A DNA stretch of 63,982 nucleotides, filler included, from Candidatus Fermentibacterota bacterium (GCA_016928395.1; 6 parts of 6 records of this genome joined end to end with filler, not necessarily neighbours in it), one strand, 5' to 3'. Shown: positions 7,708 to 18,274, counted from the first letter of the whole stretch. Program-made: numbers and translations. Notes: a model not told the origin generated them from the letters alone.

Positions 7708-10700
7708 ATGCGACACGGAGGGCTCCTCACCACCTTGCTGCTATTCTGCGTTATGCCGGCGCTTGTGTTCGCCGGCACAACCGGGAAGGTGGCGGGCATG
7801 GTGTCCGATGCCAGTACCGGCAAGCCGCTTGCCTACGTGAACATCATGATCGAGGGCACGACGCTCGGTCAGGCAACGGATGAGACCGGGGAGTTCAACA
7901 TCATCGGCGTTCCCGCCGGATCGTGGAGTGTGCGTGCCTCCATGATCGGCTACGCCGACCAAGTGGAACAGAGCGTTCCCGTCTCGGTCGATCTCACGAC
8001 CAAAGTCGACTTCGCGCTCTCCCCCAAGGCGCTCGTGGTGGGGGACGAGATCGTCGTTGTGGCGGAGCGTCGGCTGATCAGGCCAGACGAGACGCAGAGT
8101 ATGCGAACGACCTCGCGGGAAGATCTTGCCATCCTTCCCGTGACCACCATGCAGGACGTGCTCACCAAGAGCACCAGCACGGCGGGAACGGGCAACAATC
8201 TCCACGTTCGTGGCGGTCGAGCCGGTGAGGCAACCGTGCTGGTCGACGGAATGACCATCTCGGAGCCACAGTATCGGACAAACAATCTCGAGGTCGGCCG
8301 CGAGGCTCTGGCCGAGATGCAGATGTTGACCGGTGGCTTCAATGCCGAGTACGGAGACGCGCAATCCGGCATCATCATCGTCACGACCCGTGAAGGCACG
8401 CCCGAGTCGTACTCCGGCAAGATCATGTATCAGACCGACGACATCGCAGACAACGGCCTGACGCCAGCCAGCACCAATTACGACTACATGGAGTTCAGCA
8501 TTGGCGGCCCCGAGCCCATCACCAGCAAGCTTCTCCCGCAACTGGGCGTGAAGATCCCGGGGAACCTGACCATGTTTCTCCAGGGCGACGTGACGTTCAC
8601 CGATCGCCAGGCCTTCCACCAGGATGCCTTCGACAGCAGCGCCATTCGCCTCTCGTCGGAGCAGTGGCGGTGGTGGAATGATCACAATTCCTCCGCGCCG
8701 AATCTGGAGCCTGCCATATCCCGCGAGTTGGGGACTTCCGACCAGTTCAGGTCAGCCAATATCCTGGATGATCTTTTCGGCGTCGGCAAGAGGGAGCGGA
8801 ACTGGCAGAACGGCAATATCAAGCTGAGCTACTCCCCAAGCCCGACCTACAACCTGGCCTTCAGCAGCCGATGGAGCAACAAGGACCGCAACTTCTGGCA
8901 TGCCAGCCAGGGCAATGATCTGCGAAAGATGATCCCCATGGCCCAGGCTCTGGGCATTGATGACGGCATCGACAATGACGGTGACGGCCTCATCGACGAG
9001 GAAGTCTTCAACGGTATCGACGATGACGGAGACGGCTACGTCGACGAACTCGACGGTACGCTGATCGATCCGGCCACCTACCTCGGCGGCAGCTTGGGCG
9101 GTATGGACCTCAGTTGGGGCGTTGACCGCGACGGCGACGACCGCATCGACGAAGAGGCCTGGAACGGGATCGATGACGACGGTGATGGCCTGATCGACGA
9201 AGATCTCCAGCCGGACATCTTCCAGGGCCAATACTACAATGGCTGGGATTTCATGTTTACCCAGAAGAACGAGGATAACCAGCAACTGCTGACATGGAAG
9301 CACGTCGTCGGCAGGTCGACCTTCTACGAGGTCAAGCTCTCCCGTCTGCGGAACATGCAAGCCTGGATGCCCAAACGCGGGCAAGACGGAGAATCCGCAT
9401 CGGATATCGACGAGATCCGCGGCTGGCTTGACGACTACGAGGCCTACCGCGTCGCATACGCGGAGTACCTGCGCCTCCTTGATGCCGGCGACACGACGGC
9501 GGTCAGGCCGACCTCGCCAGATCCGTATCTGGGCATGGGCTATGTCCAGGAGCCGTATACTGACACGAACGGCAACTACCGGTATGACCTTGGAGAGCCT
9601 TTCGAGGATCTCGACGGTGACGGCATGTGGGACTTCTTCAATGCCTCGGGCGCGAACCGAACCTTGTGGTTCAGCGGCCAGAATCACCCGTTCAGGGGTC
9701 TCTGCTACTACGGAGTATCAGGGTACACCACCGGTGATGATCCTAGCTTCTACCGTTCGGGCGTGAACTACCGCGAATCCAAAACGTGGACACTGAAGGC
9801 AGATGTCACGAGCCAGATCGCCCGGAATCACATGCTCAAGGCAGGCATCGAGGGAAAGACCTACGACCTCCAGAACTGGAGCCGGCAGCTTCTGGCCGGA
9901 GACAACGGCGAAGGCTTGTTCGGCAATGATTATCACTTCAAGCCTCAGGCCGCAGCGGCCTATGTCCAAGACAAGATGGAGTACCAGAGCGCCATCGTGA
10001 ACATGGGGCTTCGTTTTGACTACTTCAGCCAGGGTGACAATGTGGACCCGTTGCCGCTTGACGCGGGGTCGAGTATCGCCCGTCGCGGCGAGGAAACTCC
10101 CGAGCCATCCTTCAGCCTTCTGCCTCGCTTTGGGATCAGCTTCCCGGTCACCGAACGCGACGTGTTCCACTTCTTCTACGGGCACTTCTTCCAACAGCCC
10201 CTGCTCTTCAATGTGTTCAACAAGGTTAACCAGGCCATCTCGAGTTCGAATGACATCATTGGCAACCCCTATCTCGAGCCTGAGAAGACCATCAGCTACG
10301 AATTCGGGATCAAGCACCAGTTCGGGATCAATTCGTTGGCAACCGTGACGGCCTTCTTCAAGGATGTCGACAATCTCGTACAGATTGACCGGATTTTCGA
10401 GGGTGCGCCGACTAACATGGTCTATCACACGTATGTGAACAGCACATACGGAACGGTTCGCGGATTCGAGGTCACCGCGTCGCAGCGGGATCTCTACAAC
10501 TTCAGCGGAGAGGTGAGCTACACCTACCAGATCGCCACCACGACGCACTCCACCTCGTATGACACGTACACCGGGTACGAGCAGTTCCAACTGCTGCCCG
10601 GCAAAGAGTACCCGGCGGATTGGGATCGGCGGCATAGCGTCACCTTCAACCTGAGCTACGGCCTGGGTTCCGGCGAGGGTCCCTCCATCGGTGGAATCAA

Positions 10701-11097
10701 GCCCTTCTCCGACCTTAGCGTGAGCGTGCTCGGCGAAATCGGAAGCGGGCTGCCCTACACGCCGACCTCCAGCAACGACTCGCCGCTGTACGAACTGACG
10801 AATGAAAACCGCCTGCCCTGGACCCATGAGTGGGATCTTCGCCTCCTGAAGAAGCTCACCCTCGGCAAGGTCAGATGGGGCATCCAGATGGACATGTACA
10901 ACGTGTTCGACAGCATGAACGTCGTGAGCATTGATGATGGCGGCGCCGTCGATCAATACCGCGACAGGATCGGCTACACCAATAGCAGCGGCGCGACCAG
11001 CCTGAGGAACTACGGCGGATTCGAGAACTCGATTGCCCTGCCCACGGCATGGGATTCGGGGCGCAGGATCCGTCTGGGAGTGTCGGTTGAGTTCTGA
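7708..11097 (+). CDS. TonB-dependent receptor with N-terminal carboxypeptidase-regulatory-like domain and acidic DxDGDG repeat insertions
   Basis: AGGAGG RBS, signal peptide, GTTGKVAG, LHVRGGRAGE plug, TGGFNAEYGDAQSG, PRFGISFP, GNPYLEPEKTISYE, C-terminal RLGVSVEF. Confidence 0.92.
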   Translation: MRHGGLLTTLLLFCVMPALVFAGTTGKVAGMVSDASTGKPLAYVNIMIEGTTLGQATDETGEFNIIGVPAGSWSVRASMIGYADQVEQSVPVSVDLTTKVDFALSPKALVVGDEIVVVAERRLIRPDETQSMRTTSREDLAILPVTTMQDVLTKSTSTAGTGNNLHVRGGRAGEATVLVDGMTISEPQYRTNNLEVGREALAEMQMLTGGFNAEYGDAQSGIIIVTTREGTPESYSGKIMYQTDDIADNGLTPASTNYDYMEFSIGGPEPITSKLLPQLGVKIPGNLTMFLQGDVTFTDRQAFHQDAFDSSAIRLSSEQWRWWNDHNSSAPNLEPAISRELGTSDQFRSANILDDLFGVGKRERNWQNGNIKLSYSPSPTYNLAFSSRWSNKDRNFWHASQGNDLRKMIPMAQALGIDDGIDNDGDGLIDEEVFNGIDDDGDGYVDELDGTLIDPATYLGGSLGGMDLSWGVDRDGDDRIDEEAWNGIDDDGDGLIDEDLQPDIFQGQYYNGWDFMFTQKNEDNQQLLTWKHVVGRSTFYEVKLSRLRNMQAWMPKRGQDGESASDIDEIRGWLDDYEAYRVAYAEYLRLLDAGDTTAVRPTSPDPYLGMGYVQEPYTDTNGNYRYDLGEPFEDLDGDGMWDFFNASGANRTLWFSGQNHPFRGLCYYGVSGYTTGDDPSFYRSGVNYRESKTWTLKADVTSQIARNHMLKAGIEGKTYDLQNWSRQLLAGDNGEGLFGNDYHFKPQAAAAYVQDKMEYQSAIVNMGLRFDYFSQGDNVDPLPLDAGSSIARRGEETPEPSFSLLPRFGISFPVTERDVFHFFYGHFFQQPLLFNVFNKVNQAISSSNDIIGNPYLEPEKTISYEFGIKHQFGINSLATVTAFFKDVDNLVQIDRIFEGAPTNMVYHTYVNSTYGTVRGFEVTASQRDLYNFSGEVSYTYQIATTTHSTSYDTYTGYEQFQLLPGKEYPADWDRRHSVTFNLSYGLGSGEGPSIGGIKPFSDLSVSVLGEIGSGLPYTPTSSNDSPLYELTNENRLPWTHEWDLRLLKKLTLGKVRWGIQMDMYNVFDSMNVVSIDDGGAVDQYRDRIGYTNSSGATSLRNYGGFENSIALPTAWDSGRRIRLGVSVEF

Positions 11098-11099
11098 CC

Positions 11100-11119
11100 G
11101 AGGGGGCTTCGGCCCCCTC
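11100..11119 (+). other. Intercistronic GC-rich hairpin with cUUCGg tetraloop
   Basis: GAGGGGGC-TTCG-GCCCCCTC just after the TBDR stop; no U-tract. Confidence 0.65.
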
Positions 11120-11140
11120 TCCGAAGGGAGAGAGGAACGT

Positions 11141-13534
11141 ATGAGAAGGACACACATGCTCGCGGTATGGGCAGCGCTGGCTGCCGTGTGCCTGAGCTTG
11201 GCCGTCCCTCCCCGGGCGATCGCGGCACGGTCTGAGGACGCCGTCATGGAGGCGTTCCAGGCGCCGGCGCTCATCGCCGAGAGGAGGTTCGCCAATCACG
11301 TCAAAGGTCTTCAATGGATGGGCATGTCCAACAAGGGAGAGTGGGGCAACCCTGACGGACTCCCGATCTCGCTGTATGAGCTGGAGTACCCGGGTGGAAG
11401 CGGCACGGTCTTCCTGTTCTCGGGCGGCGTCTGGGTAGGCGCCGTCAAGAACGGGGTGCCGATTGTATCCACCGCCACCGATGGCAACAATGGGACAGGC
11501 GAGTACGGCGGCCTCGACTTCGCAACGCCCGCAGACCAGCAGACCGACACCAGAAGCGTCGGATGGCTGGAAAAGACCAAGGATGCCGTGACCGATGCCG
11601 CGGTACTTGATGCGTTTCGCGCCGGGCGCTATCTGGGCAAGGGCGTCAAGGAGAAGGATGACGACGGAGACTGGAACGTCGAGGATGACGTCAACGGCGA
11701 CGGCAAGCCCAGTGCCGACTTCGATGGCCGACCCGGGATCGACGATGATGGAGACGGCGCCATCGACGAGGAGATCCTGAACGGCATCGATGACGATGGC
11801 GACGGCCTCATTGATGAGGATGTCGGCTCCATCGACGAAGCCTGGGTCATGGCCAATGCCGAGGTGCTTGACTACCTCTGCGATGATGGGACACGGATCA
11901 CCGCCGGCGATGCCAACGGCGACGGCGTCTTTGACTATGATCCCGAGACCCACATCGACGAGGATCCTGCGGGCGATATCTCCAACGACTTCCTGGACAA
12001 CGACCATGACGGCCTGTTCGACATGGACGATCCCGACTATGACGGCGATATGGTTGTCGAGAGTCTGGATGATGATGGCGACGGCCTCTTCGATGAGGAT
12101 GATCTGGCCCGGGCAGGCCAGGAGTTCATCGTCGCCTACGCGGATACCTGTGAACGGTGCGTCGAGGATGCCGACACCGATGGGTTCACTCCCCTGGGCG
12201 TTCGCGTCGTGCAGCATACCTACCAGTGGTCTGAAACCTATGCCGATGACTTCATCCTCATGGACTTTGAGATCACCAACATAGGGAACTCCCTCCTGGA
12301 AGGCGTCTGTGTGGGGACGTTCTTCGACTTCGACATCGGCCATGTGACCCAGGAAGGCGGGGCACGTTCGGAAGACGATGTCACTTCCTACGTGGATTCC
12401 CTGCAGCTTGCCATCGGCGGCGACAACGACGGCGACAATGGCCTGCTCGAGGCGCAGTTCTTCGGCGTCCGGGTCATTCAGACACCGTTGCCAGACGTGG
12501 GGGCGACCTACCGGAATTTCGATCGACTGACCGGTGGCGATCCTCCTGACAATGCAGCCAAGTACGAGCTCATGGCTTCCGGCGCCCGTGACCCGGATAA
12601 TGACACCCCCGGCGACTGGCGCTTCGTGTTGGCGTTTGGCCCCTTGGGCAACCTCCCGCCGGGGCAAACGCTTCCGGTCACCGTAGCCATCGTCAACGGG
12701 TTCGACATGGCGCAGATCGTGGTCAACGCCCGCCAAGCCAAGGCCATGTTCGATGCTGACTTCCGTGGCCCGTCATCCCCTGACTCTCCCGTGTTCACGG
12801 CACAGGCCGTCAATCGGGGCGCCACGATCGTATGGAAGGACAATGCCGAAGCCAGCGTTGACCCCATCTCCCAATACATGGATTTCCAGGGCTACAGTAT
12901 CTGGAGATCGCCGGAAGGGCTGACCTGGACCCGCGTCGCAACCTGGGACTTGCCCGACACCATCGGCCTGAACATAGGATGGCCGCCTCCGGCCTCCACT
13001 GTTGAGGGCTTCCTGTACCAGTATGAGGATGTCGGCTTGGCCAATGGCTTCCCGTACAGGTATGTGGTGACCGCCTTCGATGACGGCGGCAATGGCGACG
13101 GCATCAACAATCCTCAGTGGGACGAGCGGAACAGCGGGGTCGGCGTGTTGGAATCCAGCCGTGGCGTGGATCTCCAGCAGGTCGTGTATCCCGCGGTTGC
13201 GGCGGGCGCGGCGGATGATGTGAGCGGCGTGTTCGTCGTGCCGAATCCCTATATCGGATCGTCGCGCCTCGAGCAAGTGGCCCGGACCGACGAGGCTGGC
13301 GTGCGTCAGTACTACAAGGATATCGAGTTCCGAGGACTCCCCGGCGAGTGTGACATACAGATCTTCACGCTGTCCGGCGACCTCGTGCAAGAGATCCACC
13401 ATGACAGCGGTCTTTCGTGGTACGCCTGGAATCTGCGAACCAACAGGAACCAGGAGATCGCCGCGGGGATCTATGTCTACCGCGTTTCCCGCGGCGGTAA
13501 TGAGACCGTCGGCAAGTTCATCGTCGTGAAGTAG
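11141..13534 (+). CDS. Secreted acidic protein with DxDGDG repeats, FN3-like domain and T9SS/FlgD-Ig-like C-terminal domain
   Basis: Signal peptide; EYPGGSG..LFSGGVWVGA; many DxDGDG motifs; DFQGYSIWRS..YRYVVTAFD; C-terminal VVPNPY..IQIFTLSGDLV..WNL..AGIYVYRV..GKFIVVK. Confidence 0.8.
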   Translation: MRRTHMLAVWAALAAVCLSLAVPPRAIAARSEDAVMEAFQAPALIAERRFANHVKGLQWMGMSNKGEWGNPDGLPISLYELEYPGGSGTVFLFSGGVWVGAVKNGVPIVSTATDGNNGTGEYGGLDFATPADQQTDTRSVGWLEKTKDAVTDAAVLDAFRAGRYLGKGVKEKDDDGDWNVEDDVNGDGKPSADFDGRPGIDDDGDGAIDEEILNGIDDDGDGLIDEDVGSIDEAWVMANAEVLDYLCDDGTRITAGDANGDGVFDYDPETHIDEDPAGDISNDFLDNDHDGLFDMDDPDYDGDMVVESLDDDGDGLFDEDDLARAGQEFIVAYADTCERCVEDADTDGFTPLGVRVVQHTYQWSETYADDFILMDFEITNIGNSLLEGVCVGTFFDFDIGHVTQEGGARSEDDVTSYVDSLQLAIGGDNDGDNGLLEAQFFGVRVIQTPLPDVGATYRNFDRLTGGDPPDNAAKYELMASGARDPDNDTPGDWRFVLAFGPLGNLPPGQTLPVTVAIVNGFDMAQIVVNARQAKAMFDADFRGPSSPDSPVFTAQAVNRGATIVWKDNAEASVDPISQYMDFQGYSIWRSPEGLTWTRVATWDLPDTIGLNIGWPPPASTVEGFLYQYEDVGLANGFPYRYVVTAFDDGGNGDGINNPQWDERNSGVGVLESSRGVDLQQVVYPAVAAGAADDVSGVFVVPNPYIGSSRLEQVARTDEAGVRQYYKDIEFRGLPGECDIQIFTLSGDLVQEIHHDSGLSWYAWNLRTNRNQEIAAGIYVYRVSRGGNETVGKFIVVK

Positions 13535-13565
13535 CGCGGGCATGATAGACCATAAGGAGGGTAGC

Positions 13566-14585
13566 ATGAAGCGAGCAGTCGCGATCCTGGCGCTTGTGGT
13601 TCTGTTACTGCCCGCCACCGGCTTCGCAGTCGAGCGGGTAGGAACCACGGCATACCAGTTCTTGAAACTCAATGTCGGAGTCCGCGGCGTGGGCATGGGC
13701 AATGCCCTCGTCGCGGGCGTCAATGACGCTACAGCGGTGTACTGGAATCCCGGCGGCCTTGGCTGGATGGAGAATCGCGAGGTCGCCCTGACCCACGTGA
13801 ATCTCCCCGCCGATATCAGCTACGAGCTGGCGGCGCTGGCCTGGCCTCTGGGGGAGACGGGGGTCCTCGGCCTGCAGGCCGGGGTACTCCACATGGATGA
13901 CATGGAAGTTCGCACGGCCGAGAGGCCGGAGGGTACCGGCGAGTACTTCACCGCGTCGGACATACAATTTGGTCTGACATTCGCCAAGATGGTGACCGAC
14001 CGTTTCGTGTTCGGGATCACCGGCAAGTACCTCCGCGAAGAACTGGCGGAGTATGTGTCCAGCAATTTCACGGTGGACGTTGGTCTGCAGTATCAGACCG
14101 GGTTCCGCTCTCTGCGGCTGGGCATGGTGATGCAGAGCTATGGCCCCGATGCAACCTTTGACGGTTCGTTTATCGACTACCGCGAGAGCGCCGGCACGAC
14201 GGGTGAGCCGGTGGAGCGGGATTTTCAGCCCGCGACGCAGCCGCTGTCGTTCAAGGCAGGCGTGCTCGCCGACCTTGAGACCATGGCCGGCTTCGACATG
14301 GGCGGCAACATGGGTGGCCTGGTGGCGCTGCAGTTCGAACACCCCTCAGACAACCAGGAACGGGTGAATACCGGGCTGGAGATGACCTATGGGCCTCTGG
14401 CGTTGCGCGCCGGCTACAACTTCAACTACGACACTGACGGCTTCACCTTCGGGTTCGGCGTCACGCAGAACTTCTCCGGCAAAGCCGTTCGGATCGACTA
14501 CGCGTATGCGGACATGGGCGACATGACCGACACCAGCTCGTTCATGAACCAGCCCCACCGGTTCGCCTTCGCGTTCGAGTTCTGA
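13566..14585 (+). CDS. PorV/PorQ (UPF0164)-family outer-membrane beta-barrel
   Basis: AAGGAGG RBS; GTTAYQFLKL, GVRGVGMGNA, DATAVYWNPGGL, LRAGYNF, IDYAY, C-terminal FAFEF. Confidence 0.85.
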   Translation: MKRAVAILALVVLLLPATGFAVERVGTTAYQFLKLNVGVRGVGMGNALVAGVNDATAVYWNPGGLGWMENREVALTHVNLPADISYELAALAWPLGETGVLGLQAGVLHMDDMEVRTAERPEGTGEYFTASDIQFGLTFAKMVTDRFVFGITGKYLREELAEYVSSNFTVDVGLQYQTGFRSLRLGMVMQSYGPDATFDGSFIDYRESAGTTGEPVERDFQPATQPLSFKAGVLADLETMAGFDMGGNMGGLVALQFEHPSDNQERVNTGLEMTYGPLALRAGYNFNYDTDGFTFGFGVTQNFSGKAVRIDYAYADMGDMTDTSSFMNQPHRFAFAFEF

Positions 14586-14613
14586 TGGCCCCGGAGTCAA
14601 GGGAGGACACGAT

Positions 14614-15623
14614 ATGTTCAAACCGACCGTGAAGCACTGGCTAGCCTTGGCGCTGGTGATGGGGCTGGTTTCGGCCTGCGGCCTGATCGAGCCCAAGGAT
14701 AGCGAGCCATACCCGAATCAGGCGCCGGAGACAATCCTGACTGCATTCCCGCCCAATGTCTACGACCATACGGTCACCTTCAACTGGAAGGGCCAAGACA
14801 ATGACGGGATCATCATGCACTATGAGACTTCCGTCGATGGCGGCTCCTGGAACGAGACCACCTCCAGGGATACGACCATCGCCTTCAGCGTGCTAGGCGA
14901 TGCGACCCACACCTTTGCCGTGCGCGCTGTTGACGATGATGGTACTGCTGATCCGACGCCCGCCGAGCGAACCTTCACCGCCACCAGTATTGCGCCGGAG
15001 ACGGTGCTCAAGGCGGCACCAGTCGGCGACGCGCAGGTCGGCCCCGCGCTGACCATCGAGCTGGATGCCGAAGATCCCGACGATGTGATGTTCACCTGGC
15101 GTTACCGTATCGATGAGGGGTCCTGGAGCGACTGGATGGCGGATTCTACATTTGCCTTCGCTCTTCCCACCATCGTGCCCGGCGCGCTGGGGATTCTTGA
15201 TGTCGGGACTCACATCTTCTACGGCCAGGCCCGGGATGCCTCCGGCCTTGAGGGTTCCTTGGCGAGCGTCTCCTTTGAGGTGATCGAGGGAACCGAGCCC
15301 ACGACATCGGTTGTGTTGAGCCAGATCAACGAACGGGCGACCTATGCCGACTATTCGATGTTCACGGCCATCGACAACAAGAACGCAGTGCACTACGAAG
15401 TCGATGCGGACGCATCGGGCTACAGCGGTGTTCTGGCCGGATTTTCCTACATCTGGTGTCGTGATGCGGATCTCGCCACGGCCCAGTTCTCGGAGTGGAC
15501 GATGGAGACCGAGTATGACTTCCCCAATGTCCCAGCGGGAACGTACTGGTTTATCCTCAAGGCCCGCGACACCGCCGGCAGCGAGGACTCCTCGCCCGAG
15601 AGCCTGTTCGTGGATATCGTCGA
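14614..15623 (+). CDS. Lipoprotein with tandem Ig/FN3-like repeats (truncated by gap)
   Basis: Lipobox LVSAC; about three repeats of APET..W..D.DG..Y..DG.W..H.F.VRA.D..G. Confidence 0.75.
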
Positions 15624-15723
15624 NNNNNNNNNNNNNNNNNNNNNNNNNNNNNNNNNNNNNNNNNNNNTTAATTAATTAANNNNNNNNNNNNNNNNNNNNN
15701 NNNNNNNNNNNNNNNNNNNNNNN
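15624..15723. other. Assembly spacer (N44-TTAATTAATTAA-N44)
   Basis: N runs around an all-frame stop linker. Confidence 0.98.
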
Positions 15724-15724
15724 A

Positions 15725-15814
15725 AGCGTCAACGGCTACATCCGGGATGGCCTGGGCTTCTCAGACGAAGCCCGCGGTCGTCTGGCCGACCTGCTGTTGG
15801 AGCCTGCCGGCTGA
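15725..15814 (+). CDS. 3' end of a probable protein-tyrosine phosphatase (Y_phosphatase3-like), partial
   Basis: Manual translation SVNGYIRDGLGFSDEARGRLADLLLEPAG* resembles the family C-terminus; not in the ORF track. Confidence 0.5.
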   Translation, partial: SVNGYIRDGLGFSDEARGRLADLLLEPAG

Positions 15815-15816
15815 GT

Positions 15817-17058
15817 CTACTCGCGGCGCAGCGCCTCCACGGGATGAAGGCGGGCGGCCATGAGCGCGGGATAGAGGCCGGCGATGATGCCGACCGATGC
15901 GGCGAACACCAGCGCCACGGGCACTGACCAGCCGACCACCCGGGCGGGGATGGGGCTGACCGACCCCACCAGAGTCGCCAACCCCGCACCGAACAGAAGG
16001 CCGATGAGGCCCCCTACCGAGGAAAGCCCCGCCGCTTCGGACAGGAACTGCAGCACCAGAAACGCTCGAGTCGCTCCCATGGCTTTGCGCAGGCCTATCT
16101 CCTGGGTTCGCTCCGTCACCGACACCAGCATGATGTTCATAATGCCGACGCCCCCGACCAGCAGGCTGATGGCGGCAACCCCGACCATGACGGCATAGAC
16201 GCCGCCCATGATCTTGTAGTAGCTCGACATGAGTGTCTCCTGGGTGGCAACGAAGAAGTCATTGTCTTCTGAAGCTTTGAGCCGCCGTATTCCCCGTAGG
16301 ATGGTGATGGCGTCATTGAGGGCCTGAGGGACGCGTTCGGTATCTACGGCCTGCACGGAAAGCGTGGCGTCGCCCTTGCCGAAGGCCTTGGTGTAGGAGG
16401 TGTACGGCATCAGCACGACGCTGTCCATATCCTGCCCGAACATCTTGCCGCGTTCTTTCAGCACGCCGACTATCAGGAAGCTATGCCTGCCGACGGTGAG
16501 GTGCTTTCCGACCGGATCCAACCCGGGAAACAGCCGGTCTCCCACTGTCGGGCCTATGACGCAGACGTTGCGGCGGCGCGCGTTCTCCTGTTCGGTGAAG
16601 AGGCGGCCCTGCGCCATCTTCACGTCGGAGATCTCCGCGAAGGACGAAGAAAGCCCTTTCACGAACACGTTGGATGCTTCCAGCTTCCCCGCCCGCACAT
16701 CGTGGACATTGGTCACCGATGCCGACGCCCGTCTTATCCAGGGCGACGCTGCCTCCATGGCCCTGGCATCGGAGTCGGTCAGGTCGGGGTTCCGCTGGAT
16801 CTTCAGGTATTCCTCGAACGACACATTCCTGGTCATGGGATACTTCGAAACCAGAAAGGTGGCTGTTCCCATCTCCCGGATCGCGCTGGCAACGCTGGCA
16901 TTGAGCCCCTGCACCACGGCCAGCATGGCGATCACCGTGGTTGCGCCGATGACCACGCCAAGAACCGTGAGCAGTGACCGCAGCTTGTTGGCCATGATGC
17001 CCGCCGCGGCCTGACGGAGACTCTCGGCTATGATGGCGAGGCGCGCGCCGCTACTCAT
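15817..17058 (-). CDS. MacB/FtsX-type ABC transporter permease
   Basis: [56 protein letters not shown]. Confidence 0.93.
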   Translation of the reverse strand: MSSGARLAIIAESLRQAAAGIMANKLRSLLTVLGVVIGATTVIAMLAVVQGLNASVASAIREMGTATFLVSKYPMTRNVSFEEYLKIQRNPDLTDSDARAMEAASPWIRRASASVTNVHDVRAGKLEASNVFVKGLSSSFAEISDVKMAQGRLFTEQENARRRNVCVIGPTVGDRLFPGLDPVGKHLTVGRHSFLIVGVLKERGKMFGQDMDSVVLMPYTSYTKAFGKGDATLSVQAVDTERVPQALNDAITILRGIRRLKASEDNDFFVATQETLMSSYYKIMGGVYAVMVGVAAISLLVGGVGIMNIMLVSVTERTQEIGLRKAMGATRAFLVLQFLSEAAGLSSVGGLIGLLFGAGLATLVGSVSPIPARVVGWSVPVALVFAASVGIIAGLYPALMAARLHPVEALRRE

Positions 17059-18274
17059 ACCACAACGCATCCACGGGGTTCAACCGGGCGGCGCGCACCG
17101 CGGGCAGCAGCCCGAAGCCGATCCCTACCACGGAGGAAAACGCCAGCCCCAGCACCACCGTGCCCGGCGTCACCGCCGCGTCCAGCGGGCTCACGGATCC
17201 GATGAGGGCGGCCAGACCAAGGCCGAGAGTCACCCCCGCTACGCCCCCTACCAGGCACAACAGCACCGCCTCAGCGAGGAACTGACCCCGGATATCCCGG
17301 CGACGCGCCCCCAATGCCTTGCGGATGCCGATCTCCCGGGTGCGTTCCGTGACGGACACCAGCATGATGTTCATGATGCCGATACCCCCCACCAGCAGCG
17401 AAAGGCCGCCGATACCCACCATGGCGGCGAAGATGGCGCCGGTCAGTTGTTTGAACTGCGTGATGAGCTGATCCGCAGTATTGAGCGCAAAATCGTCCGG
17501 TTCGCCCGGCCGGACTCCGCGGGTTCGCCGCAGCGCGATCCGGATCTCCTCCTTGGCGACCTCCGCCCTGTCGCGGGAGACTGGTTGCGCGGAGATGTTG
17601 ACGCTTCGTTGCTTGCCAAAGTGGTTCTGGAATGTCGTAGCCGGGATTGCCACCAGGTTGTCCTGGCTTTCGCCGAAGATGGCGCCCCTTGTGGCGAGGA
17701 CACCGATCACGTCGTACGTGCGGGATGCAATCTTGATGGTCTTGCCCCTCGGATCCTCCACGCCGAACAGGTCGCGCTGCACATCATGGCCGATCACGGC
17801 GACCCATCGTGCCCGGATTACATCGGCATCCGTAAAAAAACGACCGCTGGCCACTGCGTAGTTCTCGATTCGAGGAAATGGCTCGCCGGTGCCGCAGACC
17901 GTCAGGGGGCCGACTGCTTTCTTCCGGTACCGAAGCTGCTGCCGGTCATAGATGGTCGGGGCTGCCGCTTTCACCGAGGGACAGCGCGCAACCGCCTCGC
18001 AGTCCTCCATTGTCAAGGGTTTCCGCGGTTTGCGCGTTCGGGGGCCGAACTGGATGCCCCAGTCGTAGAGGTTCACGCTTATCATGTCTGCGCCGATCGA
18101 CTTGAACTGGCTCTCGACGGTGCGGTTCAAACCGTTGACCAATGCCTGCAGTGCAATCACCGTCGTGATGCCGATGACGATGCCCAGAATGGTAAGGAGC
18201 GAGCGCATGCGGTGCATGCGCAATGCCACGTATGCCGTGCTGAGCCAGTCACCCCAGCCTGTAGCGAGACTCAC
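17051..18274 (-). CDS. MacB/FtsX-type ABC transporter permease
   Basis: [50 protein letters not shown]. Confidence 0.93.
   Translation of the reverse strand: MSLATGWGDWLSTAYVALRMHRMRSLLTILGIVIGITTVIALQALVNGLNRTVESQFKSIGADMISVNLYDWGIQFGPRTRKPRKPLTMEDCEAVARCPSVKAAAPTIYDRQQLRYRKKAVGPLTVCGTGEPFPRIENYAVASGRFFTDADVIRARWVAVIGHDVQRDLFGVEDPRGKTIKIASRTYDVIGVLATRGAIFGESQDNLVAIPATTFQNHFGKQRSVNISAQPVSRDRAEVAKEEIRIALRRTRGVRPGEPDDFALNTADQLITQFKQLTGAIFAAMVGIGGLSLLVGGIGIMNIMLVSVTERTREIGIRKALGARRRDIRGQFLAEAVLLCLVGGVAGVTLGLGLAALIGSVSPLDAAVTPGTVVLGLAFSSVVGIGFGLLPAVRAARLNPVDALWYE

Noticed and set aside
9718-12736. Long antisense ORFs (525 aa and 621 aa) opposite the TBDR operon, and similar shadow ORFs elsewhere
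   Set aside because: These are typical high-GC shadow frames opposite well-supported genes, with no motifs or RBS.
15624-15723. TTAATTAATTAA palindrome repeated five times within N runs
   Set aside because: It is an artificial contig linker with stops in all frames, so it is not biological and cross-gap synteny cannot be used.
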